The notes under the pieces are model-generated. The model was not told the DNA's origin. It ran no database searches and worked only from the letters and a program-made list of their open reading frames with translations. DNA of 64,000 nucleotides. Source: Spirochaetia bacterium. GTDB lineage: Bacteria > Spirochaetota > Spirochaetia > UBA9216. Positions 27,119 through 36,880 of the stretch are shown one piece after another. The stretch covers positions 480,001 to 544,000 of the forward strand of contig OY776510.1 of NCBI GenBank assembly GCA_963675665.1, in the 5' to 3' direction. The first letter of the stretch is position 1; each line of letters starts with the position of its first letter. A program made the translations under genes and the position numbers.

Positions 27119-29222
27119 TTCCAAATATCTCCAGATGTGCATCGAATTCCGGAAGGAATCGTCCGCTTCTTCCGCTTTCAAACTGCACTATTACATAAAC
27201 ATGTTCGCCGGCCGTTCCGCTTTTTGCTATAACCCCGCTGCCGTAATCTTCATGATAAACCGGTGTTCCCGGTTTGTAGCCGGTAGCCTGTCCCACCGAA
27301 ATATCACGACTTCCGGCAAAACCCGATCCACCGGCGTCAATTACTTCCGCATGTTCCCCGGGTATCTCGGCCAGAAACATGGACGGACCGAAATACTGCG
27401 TTCGCCCCCAGATTCGGCGGCTTCTGCAGGAAGTAAGGTAAAGCTCATTTCTTGCCCGGGTTATGCTTACATAAAAAATACGGCGCTCTTCCTCAAGTTC
27501 CTCGGGCCCTTCTTCCCGGCCTGAAGGGAAAAGCCCTTCTTCCATGCCTGTTATTATAACACGGTCGAACTCAAGACCCTTGGTATTATGCATCGTTATC
27601 AGCGTAACTGCATTTTCGTCGTCATCCCGGCTGCTTCTGCTATTCCGCCCGACAGCTTCACGATCAAGCTCAAGCTCTTCAAGAAAAAGCGCAAGTGCAG
27701 TCCTTCCGTCGCCGTAGCCCGAAGAAGCCGATACAAGCTCGTTAAGGTTGTTTTTTTTCGCAGAAGCAGTCATTTCATCTTTTTTTGTATAATGATCAAG
27801 AAGACACGATTCATTTATCAGCTCGGATATAAACTCTGCAAGAGGCATCCTGTCGATATTTTCGTCCATAAACTTAAAAAGCCCGCAAAAGGCTGCAAAA
27901 CCATCGGCGGCTTTCGGTGAAAGTTTTATTTCAGCGCCGGCTTCAATCAAACCGCAGCCGTGCGTGTCTGCTTCAGCGATCATCCTGTTCATGGTAACTT
28001 TTCCGATACCGCGCGGAGGTTTGTTAATAATACGGGTAAACGCCACCGCATCATCGGGGTTAAGCAGAAGAGATAGAAGCGCTATGACATCCTTTATCTC
28101 CTCACGCTCGAGAAACCTCAGCGCGCCGACTATCCGGTAAGGTATATCAAGCCTCGAAAAACATGTTTCAAAACTCATCGACTGCGCATTGGTCCGGTAT
28201 AGAATTGCCGTGCCCTTCAGGTTTCCGTCTTCAAGCAGTCCGGCGCAGAAATCTGCCTCGGCAGCCTGATTGTCCAGGTAGACAATTTTAGCCCGGGGAC
28301 CGTCCTTTCTTTCAGTCCAGAGTTTTTTGCCGAGCCGGTTTGTATTGTTGGCAACAACATCAGAAGCAATCTCAAGTATCGGAGCCGTTGATCGGTAATT
28401 CTGCTCCAGGCGGATAATTTTCGTATCATTAAACTGTTCCGGAAAAGAAAGAATATTCTGAACCTCGGCGCCGCGGAATTTATAAATCGACTGATCATCA
28501 TCTCCGACGACACAGATTGAATTTCCCTCGCCTGAAAGCTGTTTAAGCAGTTCAAACTGGGCAACATTCGAATCCTGGTATTCATCAACCATAATTACCC
28601 GGAACCTCTGCCTGATGCGTCGCCGTATTTCGATGTCCGCCTTTAACAATTCAACCGGCCGCATAATCAAACCGCCGAAATCGAGATTTCCTATTGATCT
28701 GAGCCTGTTTTCATACAACCGGTAAACATCGGCAAAATCCGGAACGGTGGTAATCATGGACAGATCATCTTCAGGCGAAAGGCAATAATCCTTGGCGCGG
28801 CTTATCCAGGCGGCGTACGGAGCCAGTTTTTTCTTCGTCTTGGCCGGAAAGATCGTCTGGAGCAGGCTGACGGAGTCGTCGTCGTCATAAATTGAAAAAC
28901 TCTGTTTTAAATCCTGTGTCAGATGGGCGTTTGTTCTCATCAACCATGCGCCGAATGAATGAAAAGTCCGTATCATAACCGCGGCGCCGGAACCCGGAAC
29001 CATAGCCTCAACACGTTCACGCATTTCGCCGGCGGCCTTGTTTGTAAAGGTCACCGCAAGAATCGAGCGCGGGTTGAGTTTTTTCTGATCAATCAGCCAT
29101 GCAATCCGGGTTGTTATAACACGCGTTTTGCCTGAACCGGCCCCGGCCAGAATCAGAAGCGACGGACCTTCATGGGTTGCCGCTTCCAGTTGCACGGGGT
29201 TAAGAGAAGATAGATAATCCAT
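27102..29222 (-). CDS. uvrD: ATP-dependent DNA helicase UvrD/PcrA
   Basis: LAGAGSGKT, TFTNKAA, VDEYQD, VGDDDQSIY, LEQNYRS, ILYRTN, KGLEF, EERRIFYV; C-terminal Tudor-like domain. Confidence 0.96.
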   Translation of the reverse strand: MDYLSSLNPVQLEAATHEGPSLLILAGAGSGKTRVITTRIAWLIDQKKLNPRSILAVTFTNKAAGEMRERVEAMVPGSGAAVMIRTFHSFGAWLMRTNAHLTQDLKQSFSIYDDDDSVSLLQTIFPAKTKKKLAPYAAWISRAKDYCLSPEDDLSMITTVPDFADVYRLYENRLRSIGNLDFGGLIMRPVELLKADIEIRRRIRQRFRVIMVDEYQDSNVAQFELLKQLSGEGNSICVVGDDDQSIYKFRGAEVQNILSFPEQFNDTKIIRLEQNYRSTAPILEIASDVVANNTNRLGKKLWTERKDGPRAKIVYLDNQAAEADFCAGLLEDGNLKGTAILYRTNAQSMSFETCFSRLDIPYRIVGALRFLEREEIKDVIALLSLLLNPDDAVAFTRIINKPPRGIGKVTMNRMIAEADTHGCGLIEAGAEIKLSPKAADGFAAFCGLFKFMDENIDRMPLAEFISELINESCLLDHYTKKDEMTASAKKNNLNELVSASSGYGDGRTALALFLEELELDREAVGRNSRSSRDDDENAVTLITMHNTKGLEFDRVIITGMEEGLFPSGREEGPEELEEERRIFYVSITRARNELYLTSCRSRRIWGRTQYFGPSMFLAEIPGEHAEVIDAGGSGFAGSRDISVGQATGYKPGTPVYHEDYGSGVIAKSGTAGEHVYVIVQFESGRSGRFLPEFDAHLEIFGNDEWN

Positions 29223-29710
29223 CGCTCCATGTTGAAGTATTGATGGTTTAATGTCAACGCTATAAAAAACATCATTATTACTCTATTCAATAATGATTCT
29301 TACAAATAATGCACTAATAAATATTAAGAATCCTTAAAGGTTTTTCATACGTCTTCTTTATTAAAAAGACACTATTTATTAAAATAAAAACACACCACAG
29401 AAAAAGCATCAACTCACTTTTCAGAACACAATAATTAATAGTGCTCCAGATAATAAACGTGAAATAATAATTTGAATAAATATACAGAAAAATCCAAAGA
29501 TTAATGAAACATATTCAATTTTTTCATTTATGGCAATAACTGTTTCCGATGGATTCTAATAAGCAATACAAACATGTTTAAAAGTTCAATATTTTTAGAC
29601 CTCCTTATATTTATTCATTGACTTTTATTAATTTCTTTATTTTCTCCAATAGACAATTTGTTATAACTCTTGTACTATTATAATTATTTTCTTTTTGTTG
29701 AAATGAAAAC

Positions 29711-29730
29711 ATGGTATACTGATGGTATCC
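29711..29730 (+). promoter_or_regulatory. Putative GntR operator, copy 1 (before gntR)
   Basis: ATGGTATACTGATGGTATCC, similar to the sites at 35799-35818 and 40751-40770. Confidence 0.7.
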
Positions 29731-29751
29731 CATTTTCTAGGAGTACTTAAT

Positions 29752-30399
29752 ATGTTCGAGGATAAAGAACTTAAATCGGATATAGTATACCATAAATTAA
29801 AAGATATGATAATAGAAAACCAGCTAACACAGGGAAATCCGTTATCAGAAAGAAAACTATGTACTATGCTTGAAACAAGCAGAACTCCGGTACGTGAAGC
29901 ATTGAAAAGACTACACAGCGAAGGTTTTGTCGATTTCACACCAAAATACGGCGCTTTTGTTTCAAAAGTTACATACGATCAGGTCCTACAGGTTTATGAC
30001 ATAAGAGAAATGATGGAAGCTCTTGCTGCAAAATCTTTTACCCAAACAACTAACGAAATAGAACTGAAAACCCTGAATGATATATTCGATAAACTTGAGC
30101 AATCCACGAATGCACATAAATTTAAAGAGAGCCTCGAGATAGATCTTAAATTTCACCATTTCATAATGGAGCGATGCAGAAATGAAATGCTTCTTAAATA
30201 TTTAAAATCAATTTTTGAACACATCGATAGAATTATAAAACTTACTCATTACAGCGATGAATGGGCCTTTGAATCAATCGAATATCATAGAAATATTTTA
30301 GAGAAAATCAACAGTAGAGATGCAGAGGGCGTTGAGATCGAAATGAGAAAACATGTAAGAGCCAGCAAAAAAAGGCAACTCGAAAACTGGATGGGTTAA
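29752..30399 (+). CDS. GntR-family regulator (FCD domain)
   Basis: LSERKLCTMLETSRTPVREALKRL wHTH; FHH...N...H FCD residues; AGGAG RBS. Confidence 0.95.
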   Translation: MFEDKELKSDIVYHKLKDMIIENQLTQGNPLSERKLCTMLETSRTPVREALKRLHSEGFVDFTPKYGAFVSKVTYDQVLQVYDIREMMEALAAKSFTQTTNEIELKTLNDIFDKLEQSTNAHKFKESLEIDLKFHHFIMERCRNEMLLKYLKSIFEHIDRIIKLTHYSDEWAFESIEYHRNILEKINSRDAEGVEIEMRKHVRASKKRQLENWMG

Positions 30400-30530
30400 G
30401 AAAAAATCTGAAAACTACAAACAAGAAAAAAAATTAAAATGGAATTATAAAGAAAGTTAACTGATTGTTGTAAACTAAGTTCAAAATATTAGATCTCAGA
30501 AAAGAGGAGCATGTTTTATCAAAGATGAGC

Positions 30531-30638
30531 CATGATGCACGCGAATGGAAACCATCAATGAACCGCTTTCAGATTGAATATAGAGATCGTTTCTCTGAAG
30601 AATAAAAATTGCAGTTACATAAAATTATTTACAGGCTC
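30531..30638 (+). mobile_element. IS256-family right-end remnant (transposase C-terminal tail plus terminal inverted repeat)
   Basis: Frame reads REWKPSMNRFQIEYRDRFSEE* (stop 30603-30605), resembling the IS256-family tail WKxAMNRFxIEFxDR. It is followed by GCAGTTACATAAAATTATTTACAGGCTC, resembling IS256-family ends as I recall them. Confidence 0.72.
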
Positions 30639-30767
30639 TCATATGATAATACGTCATTCTGGAAAACTTCGCCTTTTGATCTAATTATTGAATATATGAG
30701 CTTCCAGCTCCTTTAGAACCCAATCTGTATCGAATTTAAAATATAATTATTTCAATATCTAACTATT

Positions 30768-31595
30768 TCACAGACTTTCTGCAAAGGCCTCGAGTTTTTT
30801 CATACATAAAACTGCTGCTTCATCAGTATTCATTGAGTATATACCATCATCAAATAATTCCAGTGAATAAAAACCTTTATAGCCTTTCTTTTCTGCTTGC
30901 TTTAACCATTCAGCAACATCTGCTATCCCCTCACCAGGGAAGCATCTTGTTTTTGCCACATGCAACTGTTCTCTCGGTATATTTGGCGTATCGTCAATAT
31001 GGACCATTCCAATTTCAGCATTCATGTCAAACAACTGGGCCGCACATAGAGTGTTATAATAGAGATTATGTATATCAGGTACGATACGAACAGAATATAG
31101 TTCTTCTCCATATAGAACATCATTAACCTCTTCAGGGGTACCTACAATAAATTCCGGATAGGAAATCGGCTCAAACATTGTTTCTATTCCGTAACTATCC
31201 AAAATGTTTTTTACGATACCCATTCTATCCCTATATAGTTTAATCAATTCTTTATACTCAGGAAGTTCTCCATATTTATTATTCCATCGCCCTGATGGAG
31301 CTACAACAGCCGGGCACTCGACCTGACGACACAGTTCCCCTAAAAGAACAGTTTCAGTTTCCAATACCTTTAAATTTTCCTTAGGTACAAGAAAAATATC
31401 TTCAAATGCATTCAGGGTGAGTATTTCCAAACCTTTACATTGTTTTCTGAGCTCCGTGGTTGTTACAAACCGCAGTGCATCCTTCAATTTTATATAGCTG
31501 ATTTCTACAGCCTTAAAACCTGCCTTCTTGCAGGCAGACAGATAGTCAGGTAAATCACACTGAAATATTGTATTTTCATTCACAGCCCATTTCAT
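30768..31595 (-). CDS. Sugar phosphate isomerase/epimerase (AP endonuclease 2 TIM barrel, IolI-like)
   Basis: AGFKAVE, FEPI, DIHN, HIDD, RCFPGEG, GYKGFYSLELF. Confidence 0.85.
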   Translation of the reverse strand: MKWAVNENTIFQCDLPDYLSACKKAGFKAVEISYIKLKDALRFVTTTELRKQCKGLEILTLNAFEDIFLVPKENLKVLETETVLLGELCRQVECPAVVAPSGRWNNKYGELPEYKELIKLYRDRMGIVKNILDSYGIETMFEPISYPEFIVGTPEEVNDVLYGEELYSVRIVPDIHNLYYNTLCAAQLFDMNAEIGMVHIDDTPNIPREQLHVAKTRCFPGEGIADVAEWLKQAEKKGYKGFYSLELFDDGIYSMNTDEAAVLCMKKLEAFAESL

Positions 31596-31624
31596 GAATT
31601 AATCCTTTATTTAAGATTTGAAAA

Positions 31625-31656
31625 CAGGACGGCTTCGCTTAGCATCAGCCGCCCTG
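31625..31656 (-). terminator. Stem-loop between the second dehydrogenase and the isomerase
   Basis: CAGGACGGCT...AGCCGCCCTG, followed by TTTT on the minus strand. Confidence 0.55.
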
Positions 31657-31659
31657 AAA

Positions 31660-32712
31660 TTAGAAGGTCAACATTACTTTTCGGGCAATATCTTTATGAT
31701 GCACCGCCATATCAAAAGCATCGTGTATTTTCTCAAAAGGGAAATGATGCGTATTCAGTGCGGCAAAATCATATTTATCTTTTATAGTAGACATAAATCT
31801 TATTGTTCTAGGAAACCAGAGCTTAGTCCCCCCTGATCCCCGGATGGTCAGGGTTTTCCATATTATCTTACCCAATTCCACAGGAACTTTTCTCCCTATC
31901 GAATGACCGATAACTCCTATTCTTGCATTATGGGCAGAGATATCAAAAATCGAGGCAATGCCTACATCATTACCTGAACATTCAATGACAACGGAAGCGC
32001 CTTTTCCATCAGAATGAGCTTTTACCATCTCTTCAATATTACCTTCTGTAGGATCAAGTACTATGTCTGCGCCGTAGTTCAAAGCATTTTCTCTTCGAGC
32101 CTCTATAGGATCTATCACAATAACCTTTGCCCCTGACTCTTTGCAAACCATTGATGCTGTAAGCCCGATCGGACCACCGCCGACTATAGCACAAACATCT
32201 GAAGCATCCGGATTACAACCGTTCCCCCATACACCCCAGTAACCAACGTTGAAAGTCTCTACCCAGGCACCAAGCTCGTAATCCCAATCCTGAGGAATAA
32301 CATGAGTATACTTTTCTTCAAGAATCATATATTCGCCCATTCCGCCGGGAGAATTCGGCATAAACCCTGTCTCTCGCATGTTAAGACACGCTGAGGGCAT
32401 TTTATCATCTTTACAGTTTGCGCAATTCCCGCAGGCAAGAACACAGTCGCCTACAATCTTGTCGCCGACTTTTACCGAAGTTACAGCACTGCCGACTGCT
32501 GCACACTCGCCGGCAAATTCATGACCCGGGGTATAGGGGGCTATATCATAGCGGCCTTCCGCAGAATCACCTTCAAAACATTCAACATCGGAACCGCAAA
32601 TTCCACATGCCTTCATTTTAAACAGAACCTGATCAGGCATCAGCTCCGGAAGCTCGATCTCTTCTACTCTAAGATCCTCAGGACCATGTAAAAATGCTAT
32701 CTTTGCTTTCAT
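31660..32712 (-). CDS. Zn-dependent dehydrogenase (polyol/sugar-acid type)
   Basis: ACGICGSD, PGHEF, CGNCANC...C structural Zn, GGGPIG; AGGAG before ATG 32712. Confidence 0.9.
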   Translation of the reverse strand: MKAKIAFLHGPEDLRVEEIELPELMPDQVLFKMKACGICGSDVECFEGDSAEGRYDIAPYTPGHEFAGECAAVGSAVTSVKVGDKIVGDCVLACGNCANCKDDKMPSACLNMRETGFMPNSPGGMGEYMILEEKYTHVIPQDWDYELGAWVETFNVGYWGVWGNGCNPDASDVCAIVGGGPIGLTASMVCKESGAKVIVIDPIEARRENALNYGADIVLDPTEGNIEEMVKAHSDGKGASVVIECSGNDVGIASIFDISAHNARIGVIGHSIGRKVPVELGKIIWKTLTIRGSGGTKLWFPRTIRFMSTIKDKYDFAALNTHHFPFEKIHDAFDMAVHHKDIARKVMLTF

Positions 32713-32728
32713 CAATTCATCTCCTAAT

Positions 32729-33901
32729 TTATTTTCGCGGATATTCTGTGCTGACAAGCACCTTGCCCGTTGTTATCTTCATCCCCTCTTCTATATCTTC
32801 AAGGTTATATCTGCCGGTACACATCTTTCTCATATCAATACGACCGGAAGCCATTAGCGAAATTACATCACTGTAGATTCCCGAACCGGACTGACCGTTT
32901 GACCCTATTATCTCAGCCGCATTCCACTGCCAATAGAATGTCTCTACGGGAGTAGCACCGATAGGATGACTGATCTGAATAGTCTTGCCTCCTATGGCAA
33001 GAGACTTTGCCATAACAGGATAGGTGAACTTCGATGCGCCCGCGCATTCAACAAACATAGAAATCCCTTGGCCGTTTGTAAGCTCCATCAGCATATCAGC
33101 TTGCTCAAACGCATCAGAATAATCTTGCGGGTTAAAAACATAGTCGGCACCACAGTTCTTCGCCAGTCTCTGCCTCGCAGGGATTGTTTCAAATGCTATC
33201 AGCTTTGCCACACCCGCTGTCTTCATCAGCGAGATTGCAGATAAACCTATCGGGCCAGCACCGAAGACAACAACATGGCCGCCTGGTCTGATACCGCCGC
33301 CGCGAACGAAAAGTCCGTTGTAAGCAACCCCAGTGGGCTCTATCATTGCCCCAAGCTCGAATGCAGTAGTTTTATCTCCGTAAAAGCCTACAATGTCGTT
33401 CAGCAGGTAGCAGTACTTTGCTTTAACCTTAACATATTCAGCGAAACCTCCGTCATAGGTAAGCCCCGGCTCTTCGAGGTTCCGACACTGGTTGAACATT
33501 CCTCTACGGCAGGCGTCGCACTCGCCGCACCAGTTCATCGACTCAACACTGACAAGATCTCCTCTTTTCAGACTTGTAACGCTTCCACCGACCTCAACTA
33601 CTTCTCCGGAAAATTCATGACCGGTGATAATCGGGTACTTGGAATGTCCGTCATACAGTGAATAACCCTGTTCATCCTTCTTTAAAAGGTGGACATCCGT
33701 TCCGCAAATACCTGCGGCTCCAACCTTCAGAATCACTTCATCAGAATTTGTTATTTTAGGCTCCGGCCGATCGGTTACACCAGCGCGGATATCTTTCCAG
33801 ATCTGGTTCCCCCGCAAAGCTCTTTGTGTATTTTTTTCTTTGTCAGACACACGATAGCCGTCCTTCGGAATCCAATCGGCTTCAACATAAAATGCTCTCA
33901 T
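32729..33901 (-). CDS. iolM: scyllo-inosose 3-dehydrogenase (IolM-type)
   Basis: Extended N-terminus (EADWIPK...GNQIWK), GICGTDVH..KKDEQGY..Y.G...YP...GHEFSG and ESMNWCGEC resemble Thermotoga IolM; adjacent to iolO and iolN. Confidence 0.85.
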   Translation of the reverse strand: MRAFYVEADWIPKDGYRVSDKEKNTQRALRGNQIWKDIRAGVTDRPEPKITNSDEVILKVGAAGICGTDVHLLKKDEQGYSLYDGHSKYPIITGHEFSGEVVEVGGSVTSLKRGDLVSVESMNWCGECDACRRGMFNQCRNLEEPGLTYDGGFAEYVKVKAKYCYLLNDIVGFYGDKTTAFELGAMIEPTGVAYNGLFVRGGGIRPGGHVVVFGAGPIGLSAISLMKTAGVAKLIAFETIPARQRLAKNCGADYVFNPQDYSDAFEQADMLMELTNGQGISMFVECAGASKFTYPVMAKSLAIGGKTIQISHPIGATPVETFYWQWNAAEIIGSNGQSGSGIYSDVISLMASGRIDMRKMCTGRYNLEDIEEGMKITTGKVLVSTEYPRK

Positions 33902-33930
33902 GTTTCTACATCCTCCATCTAAGTCGGCGG

Positions 33931-34734
33931 TTATAGATACCGCCGGATCGTCTTGATTGCCGTCTCGGCACTTACATCGCTGTTGGGCAGCGGTAGTACT
34001 TCGACCCCAAGATACTGCAGATTCGGCAACTCCTTCGCCGCGCCTATAATCGGACCGAAATCGATATGTCCCATACCAGGCGCAAGTCTGTTACTATCAG
34101 CACAATGCAGTGCACCTACATACTCACCCCCAACCTTGATTGAACCAGCAATCGACACCTCTTCTATATTCATATGAAAAGTATCGGGTAGAATCCGTAA
34201 TGCCGGAGAATCGATGACTCTGGCTTCAGCAAGTCCATCCTCAACCGTATTGAAGATATTCGCCTCATACCTGTTTATTGATTCAAGTAGCATGATTACA
34301 TCCTTCGACGCCGCATAGTCTACAAGCTCTTTAACAACCTCCATACCGGTTATATACTGCTGTTTATTACCGTCCTTATCAAGACTACCCTTTACACCAC
34401 CAAGAATCACACAGCCTTGACTCCTTGCCACCAAATCGATATACCCCATCAATCGCTCAACCACAGCTTTCCGTTTCTCCATGCTGGAAGAAAAAACCGA
34501 TAAGTCGTCTTCAAGATAACTCTGACCAGTAGCTATCGATATCAGTTCCAAATTATACTTATCCAGCATCGCAAAAAGATCATCATGCAGAACATCTGTA
34601 GGCGTCCTCAAACTCAATTCTATACCGTTATAGCCTAGTTCACTAAGCTTTTTTATGCCTCGCTCCAGCTCCCCCGCAAAAAGCAGGGGGCCGAATTTTG
34701 TCTGATTAGGTGTAACACTTGCAGCAATCTTCAT
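33931..34734 (-). CDS. iolO: 5-keto-L-gluconate epimerase (IolO-type, D-tagatose 3-epimerase family)
   Basis: IATGQSYLEDDLS, ESINRYE, DTFHMNIEE, HCADSNRLAPG.GH; pathway context. Confidence 0.85.
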   Translation of the reverse strand: MKIAASVTPNQTKFGPLLFAGELERGIKKLSELGYNGIELSLRTPTDVLHDDLFAMLDKYNLELISIATGQSYLEDDLSVFSSSMEKRKAVVERLMGYIDLVARSQGCVILGGVKGSLDKDGNKQQYITGMEVVKELVDYAASKDVIMLLESINRYEANIFNTVEDGLAEARVIDSPALRILPDTFHMNIEEVSIAGSIKVGGEYVGALHCADSNRLAPGMGHIDFGPIIGAAKELPNLQYLGVEVLPLPNSDVSAETAIKTIRRYL

Positions 34735-34743
34735 ATTAATTCC

Positions 34744-35718
34744 CTATGTAGGATAAGCAAGTGTATATATGTGCTGCCAACCATCTTCAAGAGGCTTCCT
34801 GCAAACGGCTTCAATATCCTCTTTGTTTCTCATAGTTGATGCTTCAAGTGGCGGAAGCTTACCGGCGGGATACATCTCCATAATGTCGTTATGAAGCTTT
34901 TCAAGGTAATCAAGCATCGCGTAAACGCCTGGCCTTGCCTTCTCGGGATCCGCCAAGGTAGCATCACCTACAACACCTTCGGGTGTCGATACCACCTCGA
35001 TTGCGGAAGCGCCTACCTGGCACCAAAAATCAATCGGAGATTCTTCTTTGTATACACTTCCCGATTTGTTTATATGCCCCTGAGGAAATATCGACATTGG
35101 GGTGGTCTTTTCAGCATACTGCTGATCGATGAGTTCAGGAAACAGAGCCATTGAATAGGAAGTTTCTACTTCATCCGCATGGATGAACGGAGTCTCAAAA
35201 ACACCACCGTGGGCTTTGTCTTTAAGGTACTCAGGAATTACAAACCACCAGTTAACATTGACAAGAATTGACGGAACCTGATACTTCTTTGCGAACTGAT
35301 GTATTGCAAGCGGAATAACATAGTCCTGGCCGTGACCATTAAGAAGAATAATCTTTCTAAATCCGGAATTCCAGAAACCGGCAATTACAGCTCTGATATA
35401 TGCTGCGAGATCCTCTTCGGGAACAACAATCGTTCCGGGCATACCCAGATGGTGGAACGGATGCGATCCGTACCAGATAGGTTCGGCTACAGTACAGCCT
35501 ACTTTTTGAGCAACAGCTTCGGCCAGCCTAGTTACAAGAAAAGTATCTTCACCTGAACAGGCATTTTTCCCATGGTTTTCTGTACTACCTATAGGGAGAA
35601 TCAGCATATCGTTCGTTTTCAACCGTTGTTCAATTTCATGTCCGTTCATAGTTTGATAGTAAAGCCCTGTAGGTCTTTCCATGTGGCCACCTTCCGGCGG
35701 TATAGTCCATTTACTCAT
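34744..35718 (-). CDS. iolN: 3-dehydro-scyllo-inosose hydrolase (IolN-type, creatininase family)
   Basis: PIGSTENHG, GEDT, YGSHPFHHLGMPGT, NGHGQ, FETPFIHADEVETS. Confidence 0.88.
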   Translation of the reverse strand: MSKWTIPPEGGHMERPTGLYYQTMNGHEIEQRLKTNDMLILPIGSTENHGKNACSGEDTFLVTRLAEAVAQKVGCTVAEPIWYGSHPFHHLGMPGTIVVPEEDLAAYIRAVIAGFWNSGFRKIILLNGHGQDYVIPLAIHQFAKKYQVPSILVNVNWWFVIPEYLKDKAHGGVFETPFIHADEVETSYSMALFPELIDQQYAEKTTPMSIFPQGHINKSGSVYKEESPIDFWCQVGASAIEVVSTPEGVVGDATLADPEKARPGVYAMLDYLEKLHNDIMEMYPAGKLPPLEASTMRNKEDIEAVCRKPLEDGWQHIYTLAYPT

Positions 35719-35798
35719 CGTTTACTCCTGTTTTGTCGGCTTTCTCGCCGGCTTGTCTATATTCTTGTTTTCGTATTCATAAACACAAACAACCAACG

Positions 35799-35818
35799 GC
35801 ATACCATCTGCATACCGT
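35799..35818 (-). promoter_or_regulatory. Putative GntR operator, copy 2 (internal, before iolN)
   Basis: Minus strand ACGGTATGCAGATGGTATGC in the iolG-iolN gap. Confidence 0.65.
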
Positions 35819-35857
35819 ACTGCACAATAAATTTTTTATGTAATCCGTTTTCCCGGA

Positions 35858-36877
35858 CTACATAATCTCCGACAGCTTAACCGGCCGGCCTACCGCAAGC
35901 GACTTCTTCGCAGCCAACCCCATTACAACCGGCATTAAAGCATCCTGAAATCCGCAGGGGCTTTCGCCGCCCTCTTTCAGATACTTCACAAACCGGTTTA
36001 CCTCTTCAGCATATGCTTCGAAGTATCTTTCCAAAAAGAAATAATGCGGTTTGTCTCCGGTTACGCCGTCTACCGTACTTGTATAAACCATTGTAGGCGC
36101 GTCGTTGCCGGTTTGGCAACAGCCCTTCGAACCGAATACCTCGGCGCGCTGATCATAACCGTAAACAGCCTGTCTCGAATTGTCAATTACTCCCACTGCG
36201 CCGTTTTTAAAGTTAATTGTTACAATGGCGGTATCGACATCACCAACCTTGCCTATCCGTTCATCAACAAGTACAGCACCGACAGCAAAGACGCTTTCAG
36301 CCTCACAGCCCATTAAAAAGCGGGCCATGTCGAAATCGTGAATCATCATATCCATGAACAAACCGCCTGAAACCTTGACGTACTCCATCGGCGGGGGCGC
36401 AGGATCACGCGAAGCAATCTTTAAGATATGCGGTTCACCAATAATTCCAGCCTCTATTGTCTCTCTTATCTTTGAAAAGTTGTGATCAAACCTTCTATTA
36501 AAGCCGATTTGAAACTTAACCCCGTTTTCCTTTACGATATTAAGGGTTTCATGAATGCGATTCAGATCGAAATCAACCGGTTTTTCACAGAAAATGTTCT
36601 TGCCAGCCTTCGCTGCCCTTACAATCAAATCCGAATGTGTATCTGTTGAAGAACAGATCAATACGGCTTCTATTTCTTTATCATTAAAAATGTCATCTAC
36701 GTTATCTGTAATATTCGGAACTCCGATTTCTTCTGAAAAAGCCTTCATATCATCATTAAGAAACGGATCAGCAATCGTCTTTATAGTTGCATCAGGAATC
36801 CTCTGCATCACGCTTTTTCCATGAACACGACCGATCTTGCCAGCTCCAATCATTCCAAGAACTGTTTTCTTTATCAT
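35858..36877 (-). CDS. iolG: myo-inositol 2-dehydrogenase
   Basis: GAGKIG, ICSSTDTH, CEKP, GFNRRFD, SRDPAPP, SGGLFMDMMIHDFD, NSRQAVYGYDQR, FFLERY. Confidence 0.93.
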   Translation of the reverse strand: MIKKTVLGMIGAGKIGRVHGKSVMQRIPDATIKTIADPFLNDDMKAFSEEIGVPNITDNVDDIFNDKEIEAVLICSSTDTHSDLIVRAAKAGKNIFCEKPVDFDLNRIHETLNIVKENGVKFQIGFNRRFDHNFSKIRETIEAGIIGEPHILKIASRDPAPPPMEYVKVSGGLFMDMMIHDFDMARFLMGCEAESVFAVGAVLVDERIGKVGDVDTAIVTINFKNGAVGVIDNSRQAVYGYDQRAEVFGSKGCCQTGNDAPTMVYTSTVDGVTGDKPHYFFLERYFEAYAEEVNRFVKYLKEGGESPCGFQDALMPVVMGLAAKKSLAVGRPVKLSEIM

Positions 36878-36880
36878 TCC

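Noticed and set aside
29223-29710. Hidden small gene in the AT-rich gap (AAGGAGG on the minus strand near 29600-29606)
   Set aside because: No properly spaced start leading to a sustained open frame.
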